From IMG/VR virus record IMGVR_UViG_3300038393_001148: a stretch of 64,000 nucleotides of DNA. One strand, written 5' to 3'. The translations under genes were made by a program, and so were the position numbers. How positions within the stretch are numbered: position 1 is the first letter of the stretch; every line of letters starts with the position of its first letter. This document shows positions 53,183 through 63,980 of this stretch, one piece after another. Source of the DNA: a virus. Taxonomy: Duplodnaviria; Heunggongvirae; Uroviricota; Caudoviricetes. The notes below the pieces were generated by a model, which had not been told where the DNA came from, did not search any database, and saw nothing but the letters and a program-made list of their open reading frames with translations.

Positions 53183-55060
53183 ATGGCGACAATCGGCATC
53201 CCCGGATATTCAGATGTCGTTAGACAGTCGTTCCTGGTCGAGTCCCTTGGCGGGCCAAAGGACACCTTTTACTACCTCGACCGCTTCCCGAACGAGATCT
53301 ATAACAAGTCGCCCGACTCGCATCTCTACAAGTTCATGCGAACTCTCCTGGGCGAGGCGGGAGTCAACTGGATCAAGAAGGATTATCTCCAGGCTCGCAT
53401 CTCCTTGGAGGAAATGGGTCTTGACTCCTTCGATTTGGATCGCTTCTTCGGATCCCCGTTTGCCTTCGGACGCATTATCGATGAGACCTTCGATCAGGCC
53501 CCGGATGGTGTTCTCGACAAGGATGCCTGGGAAGAGATCCGAGCTAAGAACGCCCGCTACCGCAACCGCGCGCTGGATTACGTCAACGGAGCGCGAGCCG
53601 GAAACACGCCATTCGGTATGCGTCTTACGGCTAAGGCGGGGCTCGGCCATGATGTCGAGATTATCGAGAACTACAAATACCTCTTTGACGTGCGCTCTGA
53701 TGATCCTCTGGGCCTGGACAAACATGGGCAGACTGATTCGACCGGAGAGTTTGTTGTCGTTCCCCGACGTACCATCAGCCAGTCCGAGACGCAATCCATC
53801 AGCATCATCGGCGAGCCCTTTCTCCCCAATGCTGGGAGCTTCCGCCTAGTCTATAACGGTTCCCCATCAGACGGCACTTACTCGTACTTCGACGGGACCA
53901 GCACATTATCCTTTACCGACATCCCTTGGAACGCTACAAGGGATCATGTCCGTCTGGCACTAGAACGTATTGATGCGGTTGGAGAAGGAAACGTCAAGGT
54001 CGAGGGCGGCCCTCTACCTAATTTCCCGGTATTTATTACTTTCCAGAATGAACTAGCAGATTGGGATGTCCCGCAGCTTGAGTCAGTGAACAACCTTGCA
54101 TACAACGACATCAATGGAAATCCGTTAAGTAACAATGTCGTCATCTTCATCGAAACGCTTGTGGGCGGTCAAGATGCGAGCGACGAGGTTGTGTCTATCG
54201 CTCCTAAGGATCAGTATACCCTACAACAGGCCTTGGACAGGATCCGCCCGCAGACTACCATTCCAACCCTGTACACCGGCAAGGGAACCAAGAAGGTTAC
54301 AACGTGGAATCAGGTGGATTCCACGTCCGAATACACCGAGGTGGTCAGGTTTGTCACCGGTTCGCCTACGATAGATTGGCCGGTGCCCTCCCCTTCTAAG
54401 CCTTACAATTGGATCGAAGCTAAGAAGGAAAAGGAGGCTCCACGAATTCAAAACGACCTTCAGTATCATTATTCTGCGTTTCATAATATCTCGAAGGTCA
54501 CCGCTTCGTCTGTCGCCGCCACCGCAGACGACATCTCTGTTGCGGACAAAGCACTAGCGAACTATGCCGAGCCGCTGTTTATCACCGCATCAAAGGAGAT
54601 CAACGGAACCGGCGTATCCATGATTAACGGAATCTATCCTACCGACTATGCCCAGTTGCCGGGAGCGCCGCAGATCCAATATTCTTCCGACAATTTCTGG
54701 GCCTCAGCCGAACGAAGCGACGACGAATGGTTAACTATCCACTTCCCATTCGTCAAGTGTGTTAACTATATCTCATTCGATATTCTCAAGGTCCCGGTAC
54801 AAATAGACATCGAATATGACATCTTAGACTCAGGAGAGACTGAAGAATGGCATCCCGCGCAGCCGGTCGGGCCGTTCTCCAACATCCTTTATCCATCGAT
54901 GGATGAATCAAATGTCTGGGCTTCGCTAGGGCTTTCCTTTGTTGATTTAAAGAGCCAGCTTCCATGGTCCCGGGCGCTGAGGATCGGATTTACCCGTCTA
55001 CGATCATATGATGATCAGATTAAAGTTAAAAACCTTAGAGCAGGAAGAAATATCGGATAA
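53183..55060 (+). CDS. Putative baseplate wedge or tail fibre protein (625 aa)
   Basis: Track ORF, translationally coupled to its neighbour. Confidence 0.45.
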   Translation: MATIGIPGYSDVVRQSFLVESLGGPKDTFYYLDRFPNEIYNKSPDSHLYKFMRTLLGEAGVNWIKKDYLQARISLEEMGLDSFDLDRFFGSPFAFGRIIDETFDQAPDGVLDKDAWEEIRAKNARYRNRALDYVNGARAGNTPFGMRLTAKAGLGHDVEIIENYKYLFDVRSDDPLGLDKHGQTDSTGEFVVVPRRTISQSETQSISIIGEPFLPNAGSFRLVYNGSPSDGTYSYFDGTSTLSFTDIPWNATRDHVRLALERIDAVGEGNVKVEGGPLPNFPVFITFQNELADWDVPQLESVNNLAYNDINGNPLSNNVVIFIETLVGGQDASDEVVSIAPKDQYTLQQALDRIRPQTTIPTLYTGKGTKKVTTWNQVDSTSEYTEVVRFVTGSPTIDWPVPSPSKPYNWIEAKKEKEAPRIQNDLQYHYSAFHNISKVTASSVAATADDISVADKALANYAEPLFITASKEINGTGVSMINGIYPTDYAQLPGAPQIQYSSDNFWASAERSDDEWLTIHFPFVKCVNYISFDILKVPVQIDIEYDILDSGETEEWHPAQPVGPFSNILYPSMDESNVWASLGLSFVDLKSQLPWSRALRIGFTRLRSYDDQIKVKNLRAGRNIG

Positions 55061-57192
55061 TGGATAGATTTGTCCCCGACATCACCTTCCGTCATACGCT
55101 GCTGAGCGGAATCGAATTATCCTTTAATGACACCCAAGGCTCCCAGGCCCTTCCCGCATTTGCTTATCGAACCTTTGCTCTGCCAACCAATTATCTTAGG
55201 ACAAATTTGGTCCCCGATATCACGGGCGTTCAGATTTGTGCAGACACACGCAATGGGTTCTCGGCTAACATCACGTTAGATGTCAACGAACTTGGCTATT
55301 GGACGAATCTGGTTCAAGGCAGCTACTCAGACGTAATTGGAGCGGAGAAGGAGTGGCTTCCGATCTTCTTCAACAGACCCGTCACCCTTCCGGCCGAGTA
55401 TGTGAATAGACAGTTCAGGATCGGAGTCCAGTCGGATGATCCGGTCTACTTCGAATCTGGTGGGCTGGCCTTTAAGCTCATGACGTTCACGGCCGACTCG
55501 GGAGAAGACTTCCTCTCCAACCAGTATCGATCGATAGTTCGGCGGTCTAAGGCCAACAGCTTTGCCAGCTTCACTTCCGACACCAATTCGTTTTGGTACT
55601 CCAAGCCAAATCCTTCAAAATATGCCGTAGAGTCGCTCTACTTTGACGTTCGCCCCAACCCGCATACAACTACTTACGCGGTCGCCAATGAAGCTATCGA
55701 TCCAAACGTTGATTCTGACGTTCTTGACGGAGGATATGTCAACTACACAAGCAGCACTATCGTCACAGATGATGAGTTGGGCCACGCCTGGGAGAACAGC
55801 AAGAATCCTTCAACCAACGGCACGGCGTATAGATACTTTGGATGGTATCCCGCTCCCAACGATCCTCGCAACATTTCTGTTACTTCCGGAGAAGAAGTAT
55901 TTCTCCGCGTGTCACAGAAGGTCGTTGCACCGGGACCGGGAACTACGTCCTTCCGACTGGCTCCGCTCTGGCTCCGCGCGAATGGCACGGACTACGTTGG
56001 CACCGTCCTAGCCACATCGAATAGTCCGACAACGGATAGTTGGGTCGAACTCACGGGGCGGACGGTCGCTCCCTCGGACGCCGTAGGCGTAGCCATCGCG
56101 GCCATCTACACCTGGACCCCGGCTTCGGGATCGAACCTCGTTGTCCGTATCACCCGAGGGCAGATCCTCACCAATCCTGGTCCTGATGATCCAGAATTTG
56201 CAGTAGGAAATATGGCCGGGTATGTCTGGGCCGGGGCTCCTACGCTTTCGCCCACCCTAAAGGCAACCTTGAACCCTAATGACACCCCAGCGGTCATTGA
56301 CCGGGTTCTCATCGATCCAATCACCCCAGGCGTCTATTTCAACCTGTACTACTCGAACGAGGGAGATCCAGGGGTCTCTGATTCGGATTGGGAGTCCAAG
56401 CTGTGGACCCCGGTATACCAAACATATCGCGCCGACCGGCGCGAAGAGCACATGTTGCCCGAACCGATCAAGGCCCGCTACGTCAAGATCGAATTCTCTC
56501 ATCTCCAGGCGCAGCATTATTCTCCAGGCACCTTTTCCCAAGCTACCCGCTACAAGAAGCATCCAAAGTGGGTTCTCGATTACTTCCTGACCCGTCTGGA
56601 CGCTGAGCAAACTACCGGAGACGCCTTTGTGGCGTCCCAGGTCAGGGTGGTATACAACGCGCTTCAGCTTGGATATGACTATTACCTAGATGACCTTCAT
56701 CAGACCGCAGATACGCCAACGACTCAAGAGCTAGAGAATTTCCTTCGAGCGGGAGACGCACCATCCTCGACTATCGATCAGGACACGCTGAATCGCGTTC
56801 GCTTGGGCCTAGATCCATACACACAGCAACCGGCTGAACGTATCACGGGTCTGGAATTTCTCATCTCGGCCTTTGCTCAGGACACTCTTACTAAGAACTA
56901 CCCCGTTGAACAGAAGAACCCAGCTAAGGCCATCACCGATCAAGTCTCGCAGCTTAACCGTGAGTCCTTGATAGTAGAGCAGAACTTCCCGGTCATGTTC
57001 TTTTACGTGACCTGTCGCCATAAGTATCGAGAGCTAGAGGCTAATTTCGAACAGGATCGCGCCTACTTCGTGGGCATCCGCGAGCTTGCCTTTGTCCGTG
57101 ATCAATACACCACGGCGTCCGACCAAGGGACCTACATCGAAAACCTCACGGATTTCACGAATGTTATTCGTAATGATTTTATTGAAAGCTAA
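55060..57192 (+). CDS. Putative tail fibre or baseplate protein (710 aa)
   Basis: Track ORF. Confidence 0.45.
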   Translation: MDRFVPDITFRHTLLSGIELSFNDTQGSQALPAFAYRTFALPTNYLRTNLVPDITGVQICADTRNGFSANITLDVNELGYWTNLVQGSYSDVIGAEKEWLPIFFNRPVTLPAEYVNRQFRIGVQSDDPVYFESGGLAFKLMTFTADSGEDFLSNQYRSIVRRSKANSFASFTSDTNSFWYSKPNPSKYAVESLYFDVRPNPHTTTYAVANEAIDPNVDSDVLDGGYVNYTSSTIVTDDELGHAWENSKNPSTNGTAYRYFGWYPAPNDPRNISVTSGEEVFLRVSQKVVAPGPGTTSFRLAPLWLRANGTDYVGTVLATSNSPTTDSWVELTGRTVAPSDAVGVAIAAIYTWTPASGSNLVVRITRGQILTNPGPDDPEFAVGNMAGYVWAGAPTLSPTLKATLNPNDTPAVIDRVLIDPITPGVYFNLYYSNEGDPGVSDSDWESKLWTPVYQTYRADRREEHMLPEPIKARYVKIEFSHLQAQHYSPGTFSQATRYKKHPKWVLDYFLTRLDAEQTTGDAFVASQVRVVYNALQLGYDYYLDDLHQTADTPTTQELENFLRAGDAPSSTIDQDTLNRVRLGLDPYTQQPAERITGLEFLISAFAQDTLTKNYPVEQKNPAKAITDQVSQLNRESLIVEQNFPVMFFYVTCRHKYRELEANFEQDRAYFVGIRELAFVRDQYTTASDQGTYIENLTDFTNVIRNDFIES

Positions 57193-59318
57193 TGTCTATC
57201 GCGATCTCTGAAAATTTCGACAACCCTTTGGGACAATACGTCAACTACGACGCTGCAATTGTCGAAGTAGATGATTTACGAGCCCGCACGCATACGGACA
57301 TTAGGTCGTTCTATCATGACACGATTACTCGGCCTATCGAGCTAGTGGATCTATTGGCCGACTCCATGTCCGACCTCAATAATTTGACCATGCTGAATCT
57401 TGAGTCGGACAAGGTTATTCGACCCGCTGAAGGGTGGACGAGCGGGCTCTATGGATCCAACTCATCACTTGGTCGCAGGAACGCGCTTGGACTGTCAGGC
57501 CTGGCTGGAGACGTGCTGTCCACCACGTCGATAAGCACCCCCGTGGATCTATCAACGTACGATGGCGCTGATTGGGTCAGCGTCTCGCTCCCGTCTTTCC
57601 CGGGGGACAAGATCAATCTATCGGTCTCCTACGTAGAATTTACCCAAGGAAGCACGACCCAAAGGCTCTACTTCACTGCCGCAAATCCCGTAACTGGAAA
57701 CCAGGAAGTCAAATGGCCGGTCTCTGCCCTAGGAACGGTTCTTCAACCAGACACGGTGAAATTTAGCTTCACGCTCACGGCTGTCGCGGTGGTCACAATC
57801 GCGGCGCTGCGCGTCCTGCCATCGACGTGGACCCCTACGAAGTTGGATATCGATACCCGCACCGAGCGACTGGTCTCGATTGTGGATCGCGACGGAAGCA
57901 TCCCTACAACAAAGTTCCCGCGCCTGTGGAGACAGAGCGATACCGACATCTTGCCCATCAATAGCAAGATGTCTTGTAATTTTTATAGCGGACATTGCGA
58001 TTTAGATAATTACCTAAAGTTTTACTTCCGAGGAAGAAGGGAGGACTTCCTTACCCAGCTAGACCTCGATGCCACCCTTGTCAGGGACTCAAATGGCAAC
58101 CCGCTCTATGGAAACTCTCAGGAAAACCTTGACAGCTTGAAGCATCAGCCCGATTTCGGACAGGCCGTCTATAACCCCCGGCCCCAAACGGATTTTGACA
58201 CCCAGAGTCAGACCGACCTCGACACCCAGAGTCAGGCGGCCCTCGAACGCCTTCCCGACTCCATCTCGGAATCCTGGATCGAAGTGACGTTGCAATGGGG
58301 TTCCATCGCTCGGCTTACCATCGCAACGACCGAGACTCTTTCCTCGTCTGATCAGTACATCTTCGATCTCGCGGGAGTATTTACCATCAATCAGCAATAT
58401 CTCCTGAACCTCGACCTTCAAGACAACTCTATTTCGGTAAAACTATACGAAATTAGCAGTTCGGGAGAGATTGATTACAACGCGGTATTTGATACGGGGA
58501 CCATCACAGATAGCTTCAAGCTGAAGCGGCGTAAGGGCCGTCTCGGCTGGGATCTCGGGCTGGCTGACGGAGACGCCTGGGTCGGTTCGATTTCTTCGCG
58601 CTCCCAAATGTTCGGAGAAATTATCAGCAACAACTTCGAGTCGATCACTCCTATCGAAGGCTCTCAGCTTATAGTCGGAAGCACACCACCTCAGGTCGTT
58701 GACCGCCAGGTACTTGGTTACCAATCTGCAACTCTCGCGGCGGATCTCTACAACGCTCGTTCAAGCGACGGATCTATGAAGGTTACGGCCCCACCAGGAT
58801 CGGGAATTCAAACTTCGTTCTTTCTCATTGAGGATTTCTTCAACTCGACTATCGAGTTTGACTTTTGGTATCCCTCAGAGGCAGTCGGCCAGAACGTTTT
58901 CCCGGTGGCCTTCCTAGAAGGCGATCAAGGAAGGATCATTCCTCTCACCCTATCAGTTTCTTCAGGAAGTCGTTGGCAGCACTACAAAATTCCGCTGATT
59001 CCCGGAGGCGATGAACAAGCAGGCAACTATAAGTTTGTCATCGCCCAGATCAACGCGACCCAGACGTGGTGGATCGACAACCTGAAAATCTCGCGTAGAG
59101 CCATTAACTGGGCTGGCCGGGCCTCGACAGGAAATGCTTGGAACCAAGACTCTACGTGGGTTGAATTCCAAGACCTCATCAATTCCGAAATTGATGGCGT
59201 CCTCTTCGGGCAGCGGACCCGAATCCTTCAAATTCGAGGCCAATCCCTTGTCCCTGAAGGAAAAATCGACAAGTTTTACATCAATCCTAAGTACGCTCAG
59301 CTAGGACGAGTGCGATGA
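57192..59318 (+). CDS. Putative tail fibre protein (708 aa)
   Basis: Track ORF. Confidence 0.45.
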   Translation: MSIAISENFDNPLGQYVNYDAAIVEVDDLRARTHTDIRSFYHDTITRPIELVDLLADSMSDLNNLTMLNLESDKVIRPAEGWTSGLYGSNSSLGRRNALGLSGLAGDVLSTTSISTPVDLSTYDGADWVSVSLPSFPGDKINLSVSYVEFTQGSTTQRLYFTAANPVTGNQEVKWPVSALGTVLQPDTVKFSFTLTAVAVVTIAALRVLPSTWTPTKLDIDTRTERLVSIVDRDGSIPTTKFPRLWRQSDTDILPINSKMSCNFYSGHCDLDNYLKFYFRGRREDFLTQLDLDATLVRDSNGNPLYGNSQENLDSLKHQPDFGQAVYNPRPQTDFDTQSQTDLDTQSQAALERLPDSISESWIEVTLQWGSIARLTIATTETLSSSDQYIFDLAGVFTINQQYLLNLDLQDNSISVKLYEISSSGEIDYNAVFDTGTITDSFKLKRRKGRLGWDLGLADGDAWVGSISSRSQMFGEIISNNFESITPIEGSQLIVGSTPPQVVDRQVLGYQSATLAADLYNARSSDGSMKVTAPPGSGIQTSFFLIEDFFNSTIEFDFWYPSEAVGQNVFPVAFLEGDQGRIIPLTLSVSSGSRWQHYKIPLIPGGDEQAGNYKFVIAQINATQTWWIDNLKISRRAINWAGRASTGNAWNQDSTWVEFQDLINSEIDGVLFGQRTRILQIRGQSLVPEGKIDKFYINPKYAQLGRVR

Positions 59319-59689
59319 CGGAGGCCTCATTCACCGTCTCGCCAGACGGCGATCCCATTTCGATCTCGACTTCATATGACACATACACGTACGCCCAAAC
59401 TCATCATGAGGTTGATGTAGAATACACCTTCACCGGCAGCTTCGCGGGAGCGAACCCAGTCGAATGGCACTGGGATTTTGGAGATGGCACCGAAGCACTG
59501 GGCCAGGTGGTAACCCACACGTATACCGCTGGTAGTCCGGAGATCCAATGCACTCTCCGGGTGACTGATAGTGCGGGGAAAAAGACGTACGCCTGGGTCA
59601 ACATGATGATGATCGTGCCTGTTATAGATGTCGCGCCACATAATTATCCGAGCAATTTGCTTTATCCGAGCCTTACTACTTATCCATAA
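59315..59689 (+). CDS. PKD-domain protein (124 aa)
   Basis: The sequence WHWDFGDGTEALGQVVTHTYTAGSPEIQCTLRVTDSAGK matches the PKD signature W.FGDG...H.Y...G.Y.V.L.V.D..G. Confidence 0.55.
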   Translation: MTEASFTVSPDGDPISISTSYDTYTYAQTHHEVDVEYTFTGSFAGANPVEWHWDFGDGTEALGQVVTHTYTAGSPEIQCTLRVTDSAGKKTYAWVNMMMIVPVIDVAPHNYPSNLLYPSLTTYP

Positions 59690-59696
59690 AAACTAG

Positions 59697-61154
59697 ATGA
59701 GCTTTGTTCCGAAATCATGGGAGAACAACCCCTCAGTAACCACGCCAATCAGCGCCTCAGCGCTGATGGACTTGGAGCAGCGCGTTTACAACAGCGCGTT
59801 AGCAGACGCAAGATCGTTTACCAACGTCAAAGCCTATGGGGCGACTGGAGACGGAACTACGGACGACACGGCTGCCGTACAGGCTGCCGTCACCGCAGTG
59901 GGCGCGGGCGGGACGGTCTACTTCCCGAAGGGCACTTATTCGCTATCGTCCGCGAGCACCAAGGCAATATCCGTTACCGGCAATATAACCCTCATCGGCG
60001 ACGGGGAATCGAGCGTCCTAAAGCACAGCGGGACGGTCAGCACTGGAGGAAAAAACTTTATCGAGTGCAGCGGGATCGGGAGCCGCTGCGTGTTCAGATC
60101 GCTCAAGATGGTAGGGCCAACACTCTCGGGCTCGTCATCAACTGTTGACAATACAGCCGTCTTTCATTCATCTACAACAACCGGAACCCTGGTTATCAAT
60201 GATTGTTATATTTCTGGCTTTGCTTATAGCGTCCGAACTTGGAGTGGTGGTACTCATCGGGTAGAGGTTTACAACTCCCGAATAGAGGGAGCCAACTTTA
60301 TCACCCCTGGGTCTATGGGATTAGTTATCCCTGGAGCCCTGGGCGCAGAGTTGATCGTTGACAACTGCGACTTCTCCAAGACCGGCGAAACCGCCGACAC
60401 GTTCCACTGCCATTGCATCTACATCTACGAGCCAGTGGCCTTCAGCATTACTCGTTGCCGCTTCGACAACGTGAAGGGCCGGTATTTCCAGTCCTTTAGC
60501 GGCACGGGCACTCCCAAGTACGCCCGTTTCACCGACTGCTGGTTTGGCCCTAATATCCCCGTAGACGTTCAGGGCGTGATCACCAACTCGCAGGTCCCGA
60601 CAATCTTTACCGGTTGCCGCTTCGATCATCCGGGCAGCGCCGTCCAGGTCGAAGGAGATGCTGAATTTAATGGCTGCGTTATGAATGGGGCAGCGGCTAC
60701 GACCTTTTACCCACAGATATCGGTCATCGCGAACGGGGCGCGAATTTCGGTGCGAGGAGGGATTTGGCCGTCAAACAACCAGTTCGTTATCAAACTTGAT
60801 TCGGCGACCAACGTTCGGCTTAAGGTCTCGGGAGTCCAATTCACGGGTCAAGCCTTCGCGCACATTACGGCGCGCACGGGTAGTTCGGGGTCGCTCATCG
60901 AAGTTGAAGGGTGTTCCTTCTTCGACAACTCCACGGGTGGCCGAGCCATTGAGATCAACGAAGTGGTGACCCTTACCCTCCGTGGAAACCGTTTCCAGAC
61001 GACTAAGGACGCGGTGAACTCCAACCAGGCGGGAGCCACGATCCGGGCGCTGTTCAACGACTTCTCTCAGACCGGTGCCAGCATCGGCGGGACAGCGCCC
61101 ACGACCAAGAAGTACCTCGGGAACTATGGCAGCGTCGGGCTAGCCGACGCCTAG
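59697..61154 (+). CDS. Tailspike/depolymerase-like protein with a pectate-lyase-superfamily beta-helix (485 aa)
   Basis: The N-terminal motif YGATGDGTTDDTAAVQAAV is typical of this superfamily, and repeated beta-helix rungs follow. Confidence 0.6.
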   Translation: MSFVPKSWENNPSVTTPISASALMDLEQRVYNSALADARSFTNVKAYGATGDGTTDDTAAVQAAVTAVGAGGTVYFPKGTYSLSSASTKAISVTGNITLIGDGESSVLKHSGTVSTGGKNFIECSGIGSRCVFRSLKMVGPTLSGSSSTVDNTAVFHSSTTTGTLVINDCYISGFAYSVRTWSGGTHRVEVYNSRIEGANFITPGSMGLVIPGALGAELIVDNCDFSKTGETADTFHCHCIYIYEPVAFSITRCRFDNVKGRYFQSFSGTGTPKYARFTDCWFGPNIPVDVQGVITNSQVPTIFTGCRFDHPGSAVQVEGDAEFNGCVMNGAAATTFYPQISVIANGARISVRGGIWPSNNQFVIKLDSATNVRLKVSGVQFTGQAFAHITARTGSSGSLIEVEGCSFFDNSTGGRAIEINEVVTLTLRGNRFQTTKDAVNSNQAGATIRALFNDFSQTGASIGGTAPTTKKYLGNYGSVGLADA

Positions 61155-63011
61155 AATATATAGCAAATCCTCCGAGGTCATTTGGGCTGACTCGCTCTGG
61201 TCAGAAATAGCCCCCTTGAAAACCTCGTTATGGAATTTCTGCTTCTTTTTTAGGATTTTTAGCTTACGTTCTTCCACCGAATCCGCCATCATGAGCGTGT
61301 AGTAGCGAACCTTGTCATGCTCGGAGGTCACGCGATGGATGCGATTCTGGCGCTGAATATAGGTGGACCACTTCCAGGGAAGGTCGTAGTGGATCACGAC
61401 CGACGCCTGCTCAAGGGATATCGAGTCGCTTCCCTTGTCAGATGATAGAAATACGCGCACGAAATTTTCGTTCGTGAAATAGTCCTGAGCCTTTTGCTTC
61501 TCCTTGGCCGTTCCCTCATACGTCACGTAGGGGACCAACCAATCATTTAGGTGCTTTTCTAGGATCGGAAGCAAGGTGGCCGAATAGGACGAGAAGATGA
61601 CGACCTTCTCATTCGGATGGGTCTCTAGGAGAAGTTCCTTTAGTGTCTGGAGCTTGGTATGGGCATCGTCATTTAGTTTTCTCGTCAGGATCCTTTGAAG
61701 CTCTAGGGCCACCTCTGATCCCGCCTTCTGAGAAATAATCCCCAGATCCCAGGCCTCCCGTAACGAGGCGGAATTGCTCACCATCGATGGGGCGTTACAG
61801 AGCATCTGCATAACCTGAAGAAACCCGAAGACGCCCTGTGTATCAAAGTAGTCCCGATCTATAACCTTCTTCTTGGCCTCCTCGGCTAGAAGGTTATAGA
61901 TCGCTCGATCCCCCTTATCCCAGTCGATGTAATACGGCTCCTCGATCACCTGAGGAAATTGAGCCGAGATCTCGGGGGAATCCTTATCTACTTGATGGGT
62001 GATATGGGCAGCCTTCAACCCCATCTTGTCTAGGTTTTGCCAAACCTGGGGCTCGTAACTAAACGGGTTATAGCTCTGGACGTATTCATCTCGGAAGTCA
62101 TTGATCTTCCCGTAGACCGAGGGATCTAAGAGGCGAACGCAGTTGTACCAGTCCTCAGGGCCGTTCTCGATGGGGGTCGCTGATAGCATGTACTGCCGCA
62201 GGTCGGCGGGGCGTTCAGCCGAAAGATCGACTTTCGTATAGAGACACTTCCGGATCGATTTGTAAAGCTGGGTCTTGCGCGACTTCAACTTCGTTGGCAT
62301 CTCATCCCAAATAATCAGAACCCTCTTTTGAAACAGAGGAAGTAAATGGGCTTGGTCGATGCGGAACTTCTCATAATTGGTAATGACGACGTTCGGACTC
62401 GCTGGGTCTTCAAGAAGGCCAGCAAGGGCTTCGTGTCGGCGTTTCTGTGGGCCATCCAACACCAGCGAATCGATATCGGCCAGCCGCTTGAGGGTACGTT
62501 GCGTATTAACCTTGTTATGTGCCTTCACGACAACCCACGCAACGTCGAAGTCACCAAGATCCGCATGGTATTTGAGTAGGGAAGCAGCCAACACGGTCTT
62601 TCCCGTTCCCGTGCTCCACATTGCCACCCCCGCCTTTTGATCCTTCAAGAAGTTATATCCCTGAAGCTGATAAGGCAGAAAGCCCTTCGTCGTTCCCGGC
62701 AAGGAAGACAGGATCTCGACTTGGGGCTTTTCGTTAAGCCGCTCATAGCTCTTTAAGATCTCTGTCGGCTCCTCAGCGAAGATCACGATGTAGTCAAGCT
62801 CCTCGGCTCGCTTAGTAAAATCCTGAAGCTTATTGGGACTCAACAGTCGATGGTTGCCGATCATGTCTTTGAAGTCCAGAAGGAAGCTGGACCCTAGACT
62901 TTGAACGAGCCATTGACCCGGAAAGTCTTCATGCTCTTCCAGGATCAGGTAATCGCCCGGCCGATCAGAGTCGGTGATCACCTTCATCATCTCCTGGTCG
63001 AGTAACCTCAC
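61140..63011 (-). CDS. SNF2-family DNA-dependent ATPase/helicase (623 aa)
   Basis: Motifs read in the translation include LPYQLQGYNFL, Walker A GTGKT, IIWDEMP, LSATPIENGPEDWYNCVRLLDP (motif III region), and C-terminal VVIHYDLPWKWSTYIQRQNRIHRV with LMMADSVEERKL. Confidence 0.8.
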   Translation of the reverse strand: MRLLDQEMMKVITDSDRPGDYLILEEHEDFPGQWLVQSLGSSFLLDFKDMIGNHRLLSPNKLQDFTKRAEELDYIVIFAEEPTEILKSYERLNEKPQVEILSSLPGTTKGFLPYQLQGYNFLKDQKAGVAMWSTGTGKTVLAASLLKYHADLGDFDVAWVVVKAHNKVNTQRTLKRLADIDSLVLDGPQKRRHEALAGLLEDPASPNVVITNYEKFRIDQAHLLPLFQKRVLIIWDEMPTKLKSRKTQLYKSIRKCLYTKVDLSAERPADLRQYMLSATPIENGPEDWYNCVRLLDPSVYGKINDFRDEYVQSYNPFSYEPQVWQNLDKMGLKAAHITHQVDKDSPEISAQFPQVIEEPYYIDWDKGDRAIYNLLAEEAKKKVIDRDYFDTQGVFGFLQVMQMLCNAPSMVSNSASLREAWDLGIISQKAGSEVALELQRILTRKLNDDAHTKLQTLKELLLETHPNEKVVIFSSYSATLLPILEKHLNDWLVPYVTYEGTAKEKQKAQDYFTNENFVRVFLSSDKGSDSISLEQASVVIHYDLPWKWSTYIQRQNRIHRVTSEHDKVRYYTLMMADSVEERKLKILKKKQKFHNEVFKGAISDQSESAQMTSEDLLYILGVG

Positions 63012-63553
63012 TCGATAACTTCAGCTTCTACAACTTCGGTCAAGGCCGCTACGGCTTCGGCGGGGGTCTTCTCTTCCTCTTCTGATTGGGTGAAATCTAC
63101 CTCGCGCCCGGTAGCGCGCAGGAGGTCGGCGGTTCGACCCACGATGGACTCCCAGCGCTCGCGCTCCACAAGCTCCTTCACCGCCTGCATGAACATTTGG
63201 AACTGGATCCTTAGTTCGTCAAGAGCCACATCTTGATTCTCATTCTGGAGCTTCTGAAGCGTCTCGATGACCTTCACCGCATCCTTGGGCTCCACGATGG
63301 CATCGTTATTGATTAGCGCGTCATAGGCCTTTTGGAGCGCCACTTCAAGATAAGTATTCTTAGTGACAAGACGGGTCACGCCCTCTTCATAATTACGTTG
63401 GGCGGCCTGGGCTTCGCGCTCGATGACCTCACGGATGGCCGCATCCTCGTATCCCAAGTGCTTGTCCTTGTGGGAGGCAATCGACTTGCGCGAGATATTG
63501 GCGAACCCGAAGTGGCGTTCGATCTCCGAGTAGGAGAGCCCGGCGATGAGCAT
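63008..63553 (-). CDS. HTH-domain protein with an acidic coiled-coil C-terminus (181 aa). Possible regulator or small-terminase-like protein.
   Basis: The N-terminus GLSYSEIERHFGFANISRKSIASH is HTH-like. The gene is translationally coupled to the SNF2 gene. Confidence 0.45.
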   Translation of the reverse strand: MLIAGLSYSEIERHFGFANISRKSIASHKDKHLGYEDAAIREVIEREAQAAQRNYEEGVTRLVTKNTYLEVALQKAYDALINNDAIVEPKDAVKVIETLQKLQNENQDVALDELRIQFQMFMQAVKELVERERWESIVGRTADLLRATGREVDFTQSEEEEKTPAEAVAALTEVVEAEVIE

Positions 63554-63656
63554 CTTGTCGATCAGCGCCCGATGCTGAGACTGACAGACCTTGCAGCGGG
63601 TCTCGATGATCTGCGGGACCTTGGTGGAAACCGTCGTCCCGTTCTTCTTCTTGGGA

Positions 63657-63980
63657 TCAAATTTGGGAATGTCTACACCTTACGCAGATATAGTCGCTAT
63701 TCGCCATGACGGCAACCTGCTCGCATTCGGGGCACTCTTGAATCTGCGCCCACTCCATTTGCAGTGGGAACTCACTAGGATCCTCGTTGTTCCACGCCGA
63801 GGCGCTCCGACAGTAGTTCTCTAACTCCAATTCGGCCCTGGATGGCGTGTACCACATCGTATCGCCACTTCCAGGATTATTTTTGAAGTAGTCATCGATA
63901 GTGATTGGCTGTCCCATAGTAGTGGGAAGCTCCTGCCATACACCGCCGAGGACTCGCTCATTTTTGATTGCTTGAGCCAT
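63657..63980 (-). CDS. Zinc-ribbon family paralog (CPECEQVAVMANSDYICVRCRHSQI)
   Basis: Track ORF of 107 aa with an AGGGAG Shine-Dalgarno sequence. Confidence 0.6.
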   Translation of the reverse strand: MAQAIKNERVLGGVWQELPTTMGQPITIDDYFKNNPGSGDTMWYTPSRAELELENYCRSASAWNNEDPSEFPLQMEWAQIQECPECEQVAVMANSDYICVRCRHSQI

